A DNA stretch of 48,123 nt, taken from positions 1 to 48,123 of the forward strand of contig JABABH010000231.1 in the NCBI GenBank assembly GCA_014238325.1, read 5' to 3'. This stretch comes from Coxiellaceae bacterium. GTDB taxonomy: Bacteria; Pseudomonadota; Gammaproteobacteria; Coxiellales; Coxiellaceae. The notes below the pieces were generated by a model, which saw nothing but the letters and a program-made list of their open reading frames with translations, did not search any database and was not told where the DNA came from. This document shows, in pieces, positions 20,408-30,195 of the stretch. Position 1 is the stretch's first letter; each line of letters starts with the position of its first letter. The position numbers were made by a program, and so were the translations under genes.

Positions 20408-21900
20408 GATAGACCCAGTATATCTCGATATTTTTCCATAAACGCTTGAGGAATACGTCCATTATACCCCATATCGTATTTTTCAACTAATCGATTAAAA
20501 GCATTCTCGTTATTGCTTATACAATGGTTGGGCAAATTTAATAATGCTTCGTCTAAACCTAGCATCATGTCTTTAGGGTCTATCCGTTTCAAAGCAACCT
20601 TGTGTATATCAAGAAGGAACTGACTATCTGCATAGGCTAATCGTGCAAACACCTCTTCTATCGTTAATACTCTATTTTTTCTATATGAATAATAAAAACA
20701 TGGCATAAATAAACTATTCGGATAATACGGTATTCCCTTAATAAGCTGATAATTAAGATGCAAGCTTGGAACTCCAAAACTTCTAGCTACTGCATGTAAG
20801 CCGGTAGACGTTGTAATAAACAAGCGACAACTCGCTGATAATCCAACATCTAATACACTTGAGCGATTAGATTTATGCGCATAGTCGATAACACGATCAG
20901 GATGCTGAAATTGCCGCTTATCTAGCCTAGGTGCAGAAGGATGCCCCATGCGAATAACCCAGCCCCCTCTCTCTACAACGGCATTAATCAAAGGATAAAA
21001 ATCCTCTACTGGCGTATTACGATGACTTTGGCTCATATCATCTTCCACAGAATAATAACCTGCTGAGCGAACATGCAAACAAACAAACCAATCTTCTGCT
21101 TGTAAGCCCCATCGATCTCTTTGCTCGGCAACAGCTGCTTGATGTAGCTTAGTGAGTTTTAATAGAGGCTCTCTGCCTTCTTGATGCCATCGGCCTTGTA
21201 TGTCTGCCATAGCATAATGTGAGTAGAATACCTTCTTACATACCGATGTTCTTCTATAATCTTCCGGAATGACCCAATTCCAATCTGATTCAATCGGCTG
21301 ATATACGGATAATTTAGCAATATCATTGGGATCAGTCACAATTTCAATATAAGAAGACCAATAATTTAAGAATTCACGATTCACAATCTCTTGCTCAGGC
21401 GCTAGCACATAATAGGGTCGATTATCTTGAGTTAAAATCTTTCGCTTAATAAAACTATCAAGATGTCCCATGCAGCCAATGGAACGTATGCATAAAAAAA
21501 AAAAAAATACATGGTCATCCCAAGCATGGAACTTAACTAGAGCACACCTTGCTCGTTCTTGATACACAAAAGATAAAAGCGCCTGTTTATATCGCGCTCG
21601 ATTCCATAAATTAACAGCAATTTCTTTATCACTATAGACACGAAACTCTATAATATCTTGATGATTAAAAAAAACACCAATAAAACATAAATACATGCTT
21701 CGAAAGAGGCTTTCTTCTGCTAAATAATAATTAATCACAGGCCGAGATACATATGCCTCTATACTTCGCATCATAAAGCGACCTTTAAAAAAAAGTCTAA
21801 CCTTCCAAGCTAAGCGCCATATATACCTGAAACCAAGCAAAATTAATATTTTTTTAAACCGAACCATCATAAATAGCGATATTGTCTGTTCTAAACTCAT
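20404..21900 (-). CDS. Putative glycosyltransferase (GT-B-like; possibly TIGR04372-type, from memory), paralogue 1, contains T14 tract
   Basis: 498 aa. The C-terminal two thirds are highly similar to 21955..23343: WFVCLHVRSAGY, ERGGWVIRMGHPSAPRLDK, LDVGLSASCRLFITTSTGLHAVARSFGVPSLHLNYQLIKG. Confidence 0.55.
   Translation of the reverse strand: MSLEQTISLFMMVRFKKILILLGFRYIWRLAWKVRLFFKGRFMMRSIEAYVSRPVINYYLAEESLFRSMYLCFIGVFFNHQDIIEFRVYSDKEIAVNLWNRARYKQALLSFVYQERARCALVKFHAWDDHVFFFFLCIRSIGCMGHLDSFIKRKILTQDNRPYYVLAPEQEIVNREFLNYWSSYIEIVTDPNDIAKLSVYQPIESDWNWVIPEDYRRTSVCKKVFYSHYAMADIQGRWHQEGREPLLKLTKLHQAAVAEQRDRWGLQAEDWFVCLHVRSAGYYSVEDDMSQSHRNTPVEDFYPLINAVVERGGWVIRMGHPSAPRLDKRQFQHPDRVIDYAHKSNRSSVLDVGLSASCRLFITTSTGLHAVARSFGVPSLHLNYQLIKGIPYYPNSLFMPCFYYSYRKNRVLTIEEVFARLAYADSQFLLDIHKVALKRIDPKDMMLGLDEALLNLPNHCISNNENAFNRLVEKYDMGYNGRIPQAFMEKYRDILGLS
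21494..21507 (-). repeat. A14 (coding-strand T14) homopolymer inside CDS 20404..21900
   Basis: Counted directly: gcat-A14-tacatgg. On the coding strand this reads gta ttt ttt ttt ttt tta (V-F-F-F-F-L). Confidence 0.95.
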
Positions 21901-21954
21901 CCAAAAGACTTTAAAAACTGTATTAAAACTTTCATAATAAGCTCTTCACTTGTG

Positions 21955-23343
21955 TTATAAATTTAATACATTTTGATATTTTTCTACAAAAGCTTGAGGT
22001 ATATGTCCATTGATATTCATATTATATTTTTTAACCAACCGACCAAAGACCTTTGCTTGATCTGACCCAACATCTTTAGATATCCCGAATAAGGCTTCGT
22101 CTAAACCTAGGATCATATCTTTTGGGCCTACCCGCCTTACCGAAACCTGCTTCATATCGAGATGAATCTGATGATCTGCATAGGGTAAGGTTGAGAATAC
22201 TTCTTCTATCGTTAATACTCGATGTTGCTTATGTGAATAATAAAAACATGGCATCAATAGACTATTAGGATAATGCGGCAGCCCCTTAATAAGCTGATAA
22301 TTAAGATGCAAGCTTGGAACTCCAAAACTTTTAGCTACTGCATGTAGACCGCTATTCGTGGTTATAAACAAGCGACAACTCGCTGATAATCCGACATCTA
22401 GCAGACTCGACCGACAAGACTCATGCGCATAATCGATAATTCGCGGGTGTCGAAGTTGCTGCTTATCTAGCCTAGGTGCAGAAGGATGCCCCATACGAAT
22501 GACCCAGCCTCCTCTTTCTACAATCGCATTCATCAAAGGATAATAGTCTTCTATCGGGGTATTTCGTAAATTCTGACTTCGCCCATCATGCTGCCAATAC
22601 CCTGCTGAACGAATATGTAAGCAAACAAACCAATCTTCTTCTGTTAAACCCCATTGCTGCCTTTGCTGCATCACAGCGACTTGATGTGGCTCACTTAATG
22701 TCAATAGCGGCTCCCTGCCTTCTTGATACCATTGCTGTTGTATGCTTGCCATCGCATCATGCGCATATAATAGGTGGCCAGGCTTTTGAGATATCGCCCA
22801 GTTCCAATTCTCAGTAAAGGCAGGTTCGTATATAGCCCATTCAGCTATCTTTTTTGGATCGGTCACGAACGTAAGATAAGAAGACCAATAATTTAAAAAA
22901 TCAATATTTACAATATCATGTTTAGGAGCGAGTAAATAATACTCTCGACGATCTTGATTTAAAATTTTCTGCTTAATAAAAGCATCTATATGCCCCATAC
23001 ATCCAATGATGTTTACGCCATTACGAGGCAATAAAAGAAAGTTTTTATCCTCCCATTGACAAGCTTGGATACGCTGCTTGCGCACTATGTCTGCACGTAA
23101 AAAATAATCCAGTGATCGTGAATGGCGTCCCTGCATCCATAGATTTTCTGCTAATTGTGTGTATTTTTGTGATGATCTTTGATCAGCAAATAATCGCAAA
23201 AACAATGCTGATAACTGCATAACAAGCTGCTTCAAGATGAGTCGTCGATCCAATCGAATATAGTTCATCGCCCACAGATTAAATACCACTATCCTACTAT
23301 GCAAGGCAGTCCGAAAAACAGTAAGCGATATCCTCTTCATCAC
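21955..23343 (-). CDS. Putative glycosyltransferase (GT-B-like), paralogue 2
   Basis: 462 aa with the same conserved blocks as 20404..21900. Identical nucleotide runs reach ~48 nt (e.g. cccttaataagctgataattaagatgcaagcttggaactccaaaactt). Confidence 0.55.
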   Translation of the reverse strand: MMKRISLTVFRTALHSRIVVFNLWAMNYIRLDRRLILKQLVMQLSALFLRLFADQRSSQKYTQLAENLWMQGRHSRSLDYFLRADIVRKQRIQACQWEDKNFLLLPRNGVNIIGCMGHIDAFIKQKILNQDRREYYLLAPKHDIVNIDFLNYWSSYLTFVTDPKKIAEWAIYEPAFTENWNWAISQKPGHLLYAHDAMASIQQQWYQEGREPLLTLSEPHQVAVMQQRQQWGLTEEDWFVCLHIRSAGYWQHDGRSQNLRNTPIEDYYPLMNAIVERGGWVIRMGHPSAPRLDKQQLRHPRIIDYAHESCRSSLLDVGLSASCRLFITTNSGLHAVAKSFGVPSLHLNYQLIKGLPHYPNSLLMPCFYYSHKQHRVLTIEEVFSTLPYADHQIHLDMKQVSVRRVGPKDMILGLDEALFGISKDVGSDQAKVFGRLVKKYNMNINGHIPQAFVEKYQNVLNL

Positions 23344-23435
23344 TTTCCTAATAAGGATAAAATCATGATGTATTGCGGCATAGCTTGTATCTCTATATTC
23401 ATCACTCTATGATGAGAATGCAAAAAACAGATCGA

Positions 23436-24533
23436 TTAAAAAGGACCATTAAACCATCTCCCAGGAATATCTCGAGGACACTGGTCTCGCTCTGCTGTTA
23501 AGGGTTGTATATCAATATCCACACGCAGCATATCTGATAGAGTACGTACGATATCATCACTATAGGTATACATCGGTACGGCTAGAGCTGGACTCGTCAA
23601 GACCGGATAATCCGGCATCACTAAGCGTTTAGGCGGGCATCTTAAGTCATCAAAACAATCCATACTAACCTTCGCAATCACCTCAGCAGCAATGGAACAA
23701 AATTCGAACCCTGTATCTAAAACCAATAATTTACCTGTCTTTTTAATAGAATGATAAATCGTATTCCAATCTAAAGGTTTCACGGTTCTTAAATCAATAA
23801 GCTCACAACTAACCCCCTGAGCGCTTAAAAACTTCACGGCATGCAATGCTTCTACGGTTATATAAGACATCGAGACTATCGTTATGTCGTCACCTCCAAC
23901 GACTACATTCGCTTTTCCTAAAGGAATATAGCGATATAAATCAGCGCTACTACCCGCGCAAATATGATGTAACCAACGGTGCTCTATAAATATAACAGGA
24001 TTATTATCAAATATACTCGATAATAATAAACCATATACATCTTCTGCTAAGCCAGGCATCACGACCTTTAAACCTGGAATATGTGCAAAGCAAGCCTGTA
24101 AGCTTTGGCAATGTGTCGGCCCTTGTCCCCATCCTCTACCCACGATCATTCGAATCGTCATGGGAACAGGCATCGTGCCTGCAAATAAGCTATGCCATTT
24201 TGCAGCACCATTTATAATCTGATCTAAGGACAGCAAAGTAAAGTCTAGGCGATAATGGTTTAGTATGGGGCGAAATCCCTGTATAGCTAAGCCAATACCA
24301 ACCCCTGTCATGGCATTTTCTGCGGTAGGCATATCAAAAACACGATCCCCTCCAAAATCTTCAAGCAACCCAACGGTACTACCAAAAATACGACCGGAAT
24401 CATTAATGTTGAGCCCATAACATAATACTGTAGCATCAATTTGCATCGCCTTTCTGAGACCCGCATTGATCAATTCAACAAATGTCTTATTCAAATCGCT
24501 GCTTCCTCCTGATTTAAGCGATCGCTCAGCCAA
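23436..24533 (-). CDS. TPP-dependent dehydrogenase E1 component, beta subunit-like
   Basis: Transketolase-like pyrimidine-binding and C-terminal domains (FDMPTAENAMTGVGIGLAIQGFRPI...; IVSMSYITVEALHAVKFLSAQGVSCELIDLRTVKPLD). The track ATG at 24533 overlaps the alpha gene by 43 nt. A TTG at 24494 overlapping the alpha stop (TTGA) is a plausible coupled start. Confidence 0.8.
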   Translation of the reverse strand: MAERSLKSGGSSDLNKTFVELINAGLRKAMQIDATVLCYGLNINDSGRIFGSTVGLLEDFGGDRVFDMPTAENAMTGVGIGLAIQGFRPILNHYRLDFTLLSLDQIINGAAKWHSLFAGTMPVPMTIRMIVGRGWGQGPTHCQSLQACFAHIPGLKVVMPGLAEDVYGLLLSSIFDNNPVIFIEHRWLHHICAGSSADLYRYIPLGKANVVVGGDDITIVSMSYITVEALHAVKFLSAQGVSCELIDLRTVKPLDWNTIYHSIKKTGKLLVLDTGFEFCSIAAEVIAKVSMDCFDDLRCPPKRLVMPDYPVLTSPALAVPMYTYSDDIVRTLSDMLRVDIDIQPLTAERDQCPRDIPGRWFNGPF

Positions 24534-25504
24534 GCTAGCTGATTATCTGCATATCGATAATGGAGACTCTCTTTAGCATCAGGCCATGCCGAGTGCTCTG
24601 CAAAATCAAAAGCGGCTTCAATTTCATGCTGTATTGCAGATCGCCAATCATGTATATCCACTTCTGTTATATGCTTTGAAGCTAATAATGCTGCCGATAA
24701 CGATGGTACTGGGTCGCGCGATGCCCAATCATTAAATTCAGATTGAGGGCGATCAAGATGGGTATCATCTTCTGGGCCACAATGTATCTTAAAACGATAC
24801 GTAGGACATTCTAAGAACCAAGGTCCACTATTATTGCGAATATCTTCGAAGACGTCTGTCAATGGTTTAAAGCTAGACAGCACATTATTGCCGTCAATCT
24901 TTGCTGTTTTTGCTCCCATACCTCTCGCCATTCTATAAATTTCTCGATCAGCTGGTTGACGCATAGACAATGGCGTGTTGACAGAATAGAGATTATTTTC
25001 ACAAATAAATAATACAGGCAATGTCTTTAATGCGGCAAAATTGATAGATTCATAGAAAGCCCCTTCTTCAATGGCAGCATCACCTAAAAAAATACAGGTG
25101 ATCGCCTGTGATTTTTTTAATTGCTGAGCCAATGCCAGACCGACTCCTAATGGAATAGTATTGCCTACAATGGCTGTACTGGCGACAAACCCAACCGACA
25201 AGTCGCTTAAATTCATGGAACCACCTCGACCTTGAGTAGCACCCGTCTTCTTACCGTATAATTCAGCGATAAAACGATTTAAATCACCCCCCTTAGCTAA
25301 ATAATGAGCATGAGCGCGATGCGTGCTGACCACTAAATCTTCTTGCCGTAAATGCTCACAAGCCATCACCGCTATCGCTTCCTGCCCAATGGATAAATGC
25401 ACCGGGCAACGCATTTTTCCTTTGGGATAATGCAAAGCAATCGCTTCCTCGATCATACGTATGCGTAATATTTTATATAACAAGTCCCTATATATATTAT
25501 TCAT
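24491..25504 (-). CDS. TPP-dependent dehydrogenase E1 component, alpha subunit-like
   Basis: E1-alpha motifs: GQEAIAV, GKKTGATQGRGGSMNL, and TPP-binding GDAAIEEGAFYESINFAAL...VLFICENNLYS. Confidence 0.8.
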   Translation of the reverse strand: MNNIYRDLLYKILRIRMIEEAIALHYPKGKMRCPVHLSIGQEAIAVMACEHLRQEDLVVSTHRAHAHYLAKGGDLNRFIAELYGKKTGATQGRGGSMNLSDLSVGFVASTAIVGNTIPLGVGLALAQQLKKSQAITCIFLGDAAIEEGAFYESINFAALKTLPVLFICENNLYSVNTPLSMRQPADREIYRMARGMGAKTAKIDGNNVLSSFKPLTDVFEDIRNNSGPWFLECPTYRFKIHCGPEDDTHLDRPQSEFNDWASRDPVPSLSAALLASKHITEVDIHDWRSAIQHEIEAAFDFAEHSAWPDAKESLHYRYADNQLAWLSDRLNQEEAAI

Positions 25505-25597
25505 ATCAATTCAGCTTATATTTTTTGGCTAAGTACATTGTTTGATACAGAATCAGCTTATTCAGACATTTTTCTATAGAAACTATATCGACCATGG

Positions 25598-26509
25598 TCA
25601 CGCTTGACAAGCGATATAATGAGCGCTTAAATGATGCTGATCTAATAATTCTTGATATTCTCCAAAAAAATGAATAAATTTATCTTGTAAAGAAAAACAT
25701 CTTAATTCACCCTCAAATTTATACTTCCAAGCCAAAACGGTCACGCGAGACCCTAAACCCCCATGCGGTACATGCTCCTCTAGAACTATCACTTTTTTAT
25801 GGGTTTTAAAAAGATGATATAACCCCTCTTCGTCTAAAGGTTTAATCATATGGCAAGAGACAATAGACACCGACTGATTTTGAAATCGACTATCCTTTAA
25901 ATCAAAGGCCAATTTTATAATGGATCCATACACGATCATACAAATATCCTGACCTCGACAAACATAGCGCAACTTCCCTGGCACGAAAGGCTCAACTGAT
26001 TGATCTGTATAATTTTTCTCTCCTTGTTTTCCTATACGAAGATAGACGGGCCCTTGACTCAACTGTGCACACCAACGGGTCACCTCTGCTGTCTCCAAAG
26101 GATCGCAGGGAGCCAACACGGTTAAATTGGGAATGGCTGTGGCGACAGCTATATCTTCCATCGCATGATGAGTTGACCCCAAGGTAGAATAAGTGACGCC
26201 TCCTGCAGCACCGACTACGGTGACAGGTAAATTTTGATAACACAAATCATCTCGAATAAATTCAAAGGGGCGATATAATGCAAAGGTCGCGATGGTATAG
26301 ACAAAGGGGCGCATTCCTCTTAACGCCATGCCTGCTGCCATACCCACCATAAGTTGCTCAGCAATGCCGACATTCAGAAAGCGTTCTGGAAAGTTTTCTG
26401 CAAATCTTAACATAGCGGGTACTGCTGGAGAAATATCTGCAGCTAAGAGCGCCAGCCGCTTGTCCTCGTTGGCTAGCTCGCAAAAGGTATTGGCAAATTT
26501 CTCTCTCAT
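25598..26509 (-). CDS. Split transketolase, C-terminal (pyrimidine-binding) subunit
   Basis: RFLNVGIAEQLMVGMAAGMALRGMRPFVYTIATF and GSTHHAMEDIAVATAIPNLTVLAPCD. 4-nt ATGA overlap with the N-terminal subunit gene. Confidence 0.85.
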   Translation of the reverse strand: MREKFANTFCELANEDKRLALLAADISPAVPAMLRFAENFPERFLNVGIAEQLMVGMAAGMALRGMRPFVYTIATFALYRPFEFIRDDLCYQNLPVTVVGAAGGVTYSTLGSTHHAMEDIAVATAIPNLTVLAPCDPLETAEVTRWCAQLSQGPVYLRIGKQGEKNYTDQSVEPFVPGKLRYVCRGQDICMIVYGSIIKLAFDLKDSRFQNQSVSIVSCHMIKPLDEEGLYHLFKTHKKVIVLEEHVPHGGLGSRVTVLAWKYKFEGELRCFSLQDKFIHFFGEYQELLDQHHLSAHYIACQA

Positions 26510-27342
26510 ACACCGTATTCTATATGATCAGCAGAAGATAATTCATCTAAGGCGATTTGATATTCCTGAGCATTAGGAGAACGATAGTGCCATATCATAT
26601 CTTTCTCCATATAGGAGACACCTTTGCCCTTCATCGTATGACAAATCACAAACGTAGGAGCATCCTCTGCTAGCCCTCTTCCAGCATGAAAGATAGCATC
26701 AGCATCATGTCCGTCGATATCATGCACTTGCCAATTAAAGGCTTTTAACTTATCCGAGACTGGATAAAATGCCTGATAATTTTGCTTGATATTTGCTGCC
26801 GTGATATGATTATTTAAATCTAAAAATACGACTAATCGCCCTAATTTTAAATTAGCAGCCATCATAATCGCTTCCCAGGTCGACCCTTCTTGTAGCTCTC
26901 CATCCGATATAATCACATAGATCTTCGAATCTTGATCGTTCAATCGATTAGCATAAGCCATCCCAACAGACAAACCAAGACCATGCCCTAAGGAGCCTGT
27001 AGAAGCCGCAATGCCCGGTGCACCATAATCAGGATGCGCACCTAAGCGCCCCCCAGATTTACAAAAGAGTGCCATATCACGATCATTCAATACTCCCAAA
27101 TCATGCAAGATGACATATTGAATAGCACATCCATGCCCTTTAGACAAAACAAAATCATCTTGATAGATAAAATTTTCATCACGTCGCATCAAGCCATGAT
27201 AGATAACATCCATCATTTCAGTACAAGAAAATGCAGATGCCATATGTAAAGCCGGCACTTGCTGAGATAGTGCTAGAATAGCTTTTCTATATTTGAGGCA
27301 ACGCTGCTGAGATAATTTTAGATCAAAGCTGGTTTCAACCAT
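26506..27342 (-). CDS. Split transketolase, N-terminal (TPP-binding) subunit
   Basis: SKGHGCAIQYVILHDLG, GSLGHGLGLSVGMAYA, and the TPP motif ISDGELQEGSTWEAIMMAANLKL. Confidence 0.85.
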   Translation of the reverse strand: MVETSFDLKLSQQRCLKYRKAILALSQQVPALHMASAFSCTEMMDVIYHGLMRRDENFIYQDDFVLSKGHGCAIQYVILHDLGVLNDRDMALFCKSGGRLGAHPDYGAPGIAASTGSLGHGLGLSVGMAYANRLNDQDSKIYVIISDGELQEGSTWEAIMMAANLKLGRLVVFLDLNNHITAANIKQNYQAFYPVSDKLKAFNWQVHDIDGHDADAIFHAGRGLAEDAPTFVICHTMKGKGVSYMEKDMIWHYRSPNAQEYQIALDELSSADHIEYGV

Positions 27343-27349
27343 TATCTCA

Positions 27350-28006
27350 CTACACTAAGGTCCAATTATAATACCCGGTATATCCTGCTTCTTTAAATAG
27401 CTGCCGCCATCCTTCTGGATAATCATGGAATTCTGCCGTTAATACCCAGCTCTCAAATAAAGCTTTTTGAGCGGGCGTATGATAACTATCCACTTGTACA
27501 TAAGCGTTCCCAGCAGAGATTCGTTGAATTTCTCGCATAGCCATAAGCACTTGCTCTCGTGGCAGATTATGAACGGTATTAAGAGCAATAACAGCCTGAA
27601 AGCTATGATCCGGAAAAGGCAAGTGCATGGCATTACCTAAATGTAAGCGTCCCACGACTTCTGGTTCTGCATGCATCATGGCATATTCCGAAACATCTAG
27701 ACCATAAGCCTCTAATCCAGGACAGACAGTGATAAAATCTTTAACTAAAAAACCTTTAGCACAACCAATATCTAATACTCGGTCTCCAGGTTTTAAGCCA
27801 AAATATGCAACGATATCTTTAGCCACAGGCACCCAACGTCCATCATAATAATAGCCGCCATATCCATAATCACGAGAACCATCAAAATAATGCTTCCCGT
27901 ATTGCTTAGCAATAGCGATAACCTCTGGGTTTTTTGCTTGACCCCGCGCTTGTACATTTCGTTTTACCTGCGGTAGCGCAGCTAATAAATTAATTTGTGA
28001 CATCAT
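27350..28006 (-). CDS. Class I SAM-dependent methyltransferase
   Basis: Motif I RVLDIGCAKGFLV; 218 aa. Confidence 0.7.
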   Translation of the reverse strand: MMSQINLLAALPQVKRNVQARGQAKNPEVIAIAKQYGKHYFDGSRDYGYGGYYYDGRWVPVAKDIVAYFGLKPGDRVLDIGCAKGFLVKDFITVCPGLEAYGLDVSEYAMMHAEPEVVGRLHLGNAMHLPFPDHSFQAVIALNTVHNLPREQVLMAMREIQRISAGNAYVQVDSYHTPAQKALFESWVLTAEFHDYPEGWRQLFKEAGYTGYYNWTLV

Positions 28007-28898
28007 CCATCTCTTTTACTGCCCCTGCCTGGGCATACTTCAAACCATCACTCATCGATGTATAGGAAAAATCTGGAAAAGCTGCTTGACAGGCCGTCAC
28101 ATCAAAAGCCCGGGCCTGGCTATACATCACTGGATGAGAACGAGGGCGCCCATGTATCATCACTTTATTGCCTGAAATCTCAACCACTTTTTCGGCAATC
28201 TCTTTAAAAGACATGACCCGGCCGCTTGCAATATTCAACACCCCATAACTACGACGCTGAATAACTCGGGCAATGATCTCAGCTACATCTTGAATATAGA
28301 CATGATCTCGCTGCTCTTCTCCTTCTCCAAACAACATAATAGGTTGATGATTATGAGCCAAACGACGAAATTGATTGGGGCCATAACGATTATGCGTATC
28401 TTGTGCTCCATATAAGATAGAGGATCGTAAAATAGCCAATGGCGTATCATGCAAAGAACATACATACTCCATAACCTTCTCTCGTACTATATGCATGGCA
28501 CCATGTATCGTATTAGGGGCCGTCATAGATTGTTCAGTCAAGGGGGCTTCGCTATCCGCATAGACTGCATCGGAACTTATATAAATCACATGCTTAACAG
28601 CTTTCTTGATTAAAGCTCCACGCACTGCATGCATCATGGCAATATTATGATCTACCAATTCAGCCGTATTACAGGGAACTTTTGAGGAAATCATCACAAC
28701 GATATCGTCGCTATGCAATAAGGATAGCAAGGTATCACCCGCTCCTTCCTCTAATAAATTTAAAGTAGCACTTCCCAAGGCTAATACTGGCCTGTTGTAT
28801 TGCTTTAGATGCTCTAATAATGTTTTTCCTACAAATCCTCCAGCGCCAACGATAACAACCCGGCCTGTACTATATTCTTGTAAATGTTTAAGCATCAA
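27990..28898 (-). CDS. NAD-dependent epimerase/dehydratase-family (extended SDR) protein
   Basis: N-terminal Rossmann motif VVIVGAGGFVGKTLL; 302 aa. Confidence 0.7.
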   Translation of the reverse strand: MMLKHLQEYSTGRVVIVGAGGFVGKTLLEHLKQYNRPVLALGSATLNLLEEGAGDTLLSLLHSDDIVVMISSKVPCNTAELVDHNIAMMHAVRGALIKKAVKHVIYISSDAVYADSEAPLTEQSMTAPNTIHGAMHIVREKVMEYVCSLHDTPLAILRSSILYGAQDTHNRYGPNQFRRLAHNHQPIMLFGEGEEQRDHVYIQDVAEIIARVIQRRSYGVLNIASGRVMSFKEIAEKVVEISGNKVMIHGRPRSHPVMYSQARAFDVTACQAAFPDFSYTSMSDGLKYAQAGAVKEMDDVTN

Positions 28899-30195
28899 CT
28901 ATCTCCTTATGCTTTTCTTTTATATAATCATTCACACCTAATCGATGCACATGGAAACCTGCGCGCAGCCATAAATTATAATCCAACACACCATAAGGGT
29001 CTATAATATGTTGGCCTGATAGATGCCATTCGCAATCCTTTATACTTATTTTCGAATATTCTTCCCAAGGCGTCATAATAATCAACACATCTGCGCCACA
29101 TAAGGCCTCTATGGGGCTAGAGCAATGTAATACTTCTGAAACAGCATCTTTGCTAACGACAGGATCATGTACTCGCACAGTTGCCGTCGTATGCTTCAAT
29201 GCTGCAATCAATTCAAGTGCTGCTGAATTTTTTATGCTATGAGTATTCTTTTTATAGGCTAGGCCTAAAATCGCAATGGTGGGGGCTGTTTTTTCTGCCA
29301 TGATATATTGCTGCAAACAACGCCATACCCAATGACGGTAATAGCTATTATCTTCTGCCCATCTTGTAATCTGCTCTGCTGGAATTTGATATTGTTGAGC
29401 CAACTGATAGTAGGTTTTCATATCTCGCTCTAAGTTTCCACCAGCAAGACCCAATCCCGGACTTAAATAAGCATAAGCTCCTATACGTTTATCTAAGCGC
29501 AAAGCAGGCACAATCTCTTGCCAATCTGCTCCGACGGCAGATGCCATATTAGCCAATAAATTACTGGTCATGACAGAAGAGACTAAATATAAATTAATCG
29601 AAATTTTAGCAAGCTCAGCACTCTCATACCGGATGATTAATAAAGGGCAATGAAATCGAGCCAACAGCTCTGCATAACAAGCAGGAAGACCATCCTCAGG
29701 ATCAGCGCAACCTATCATAATTCGCTCAGGTTGCTCAGCACGTTCCAAGGCATGCCCAAAGACTAAGGTTTCAACTTGATAAAATAATTGATGTGAGCCC
29801 CAATCGTATTGACTACGCATAAAACCTGGGCATACCTGAGACAAAACAATAATAGGTTGGGTGGCATGATGTTGCCGTAATGCCTCTAAAGCAACACGAA
29901 TGGGTTCTAAATTACTGGTATTTTCAACATTCGTCGGCACATCTAAAGCGACATAAATCAGATCCGCTGATAATAATACATCAAGATGATGGGACCAAGC
30001 TATTCGCTCTCTATATTTAGAGACTTTATTATGAAACTCGGGTTCATGGATGGGATAATCCTGATTTTTTAATCGGGCAATTAAGGCAGCATCCGAATCA
30101 TAGCCAATCACGGAACAATCTTTTGTCGCTGTTGCCAATAGGGTGACCAAGCCTAGGTGGGTCATACCATAGAACCCAACCGTTAATCTACGCAT
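28888..30195 (-). CDS. UDP-glucose/GDP-mannose dehydrogenase-family protein (atypical active site)
   Basis: Family-like N-terminus (VGFYGMTHLGLV...IHEPEF) and C-terminal block (ILGLAYKKNTHSIKNSAA). The segment aligning to the GGxCxPKD catalytic motif reads GLGLAGGNLERD with no Cys. Confidence 0.6.
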   Translation of the reverse strand: MRRLTVGFYGMTHLGLVTLLATATKDCSVIGYDSDAALIARLKNQDYPIHEPEFHNKVSKYRERIAWSHHLDVLLSADLIYVALDVPTNVENTSNLEPIRVALEALRQHHATQPIIVLSQVCPGFMRSQYDWGSHQLFYQVETLVFGHALERAEQPERIMIGCADPEDGLPACYAELLARFHCPLLIIRYESAELAKISINLYLVSSVMTSNLLANMASAVGADWQEIVPALRLDKRIGAYAYLSPGLGLAGGNLERDMKTYYQLAQQYQIPAEQITRWAEDNSYYRHWVWRCLQQYIMAEKTAPTIAILGLAYKKNTHSIKNSAALELIAALKHTTATVRVHDPVVSKDAVSEVLHCSSPIEALCGADVLIIMTPWEEYSKISIKDCEWHLSGQHIIDPYGVLDYNLWLRAGFHVHRLGVNDYIKEKHKEIVDA

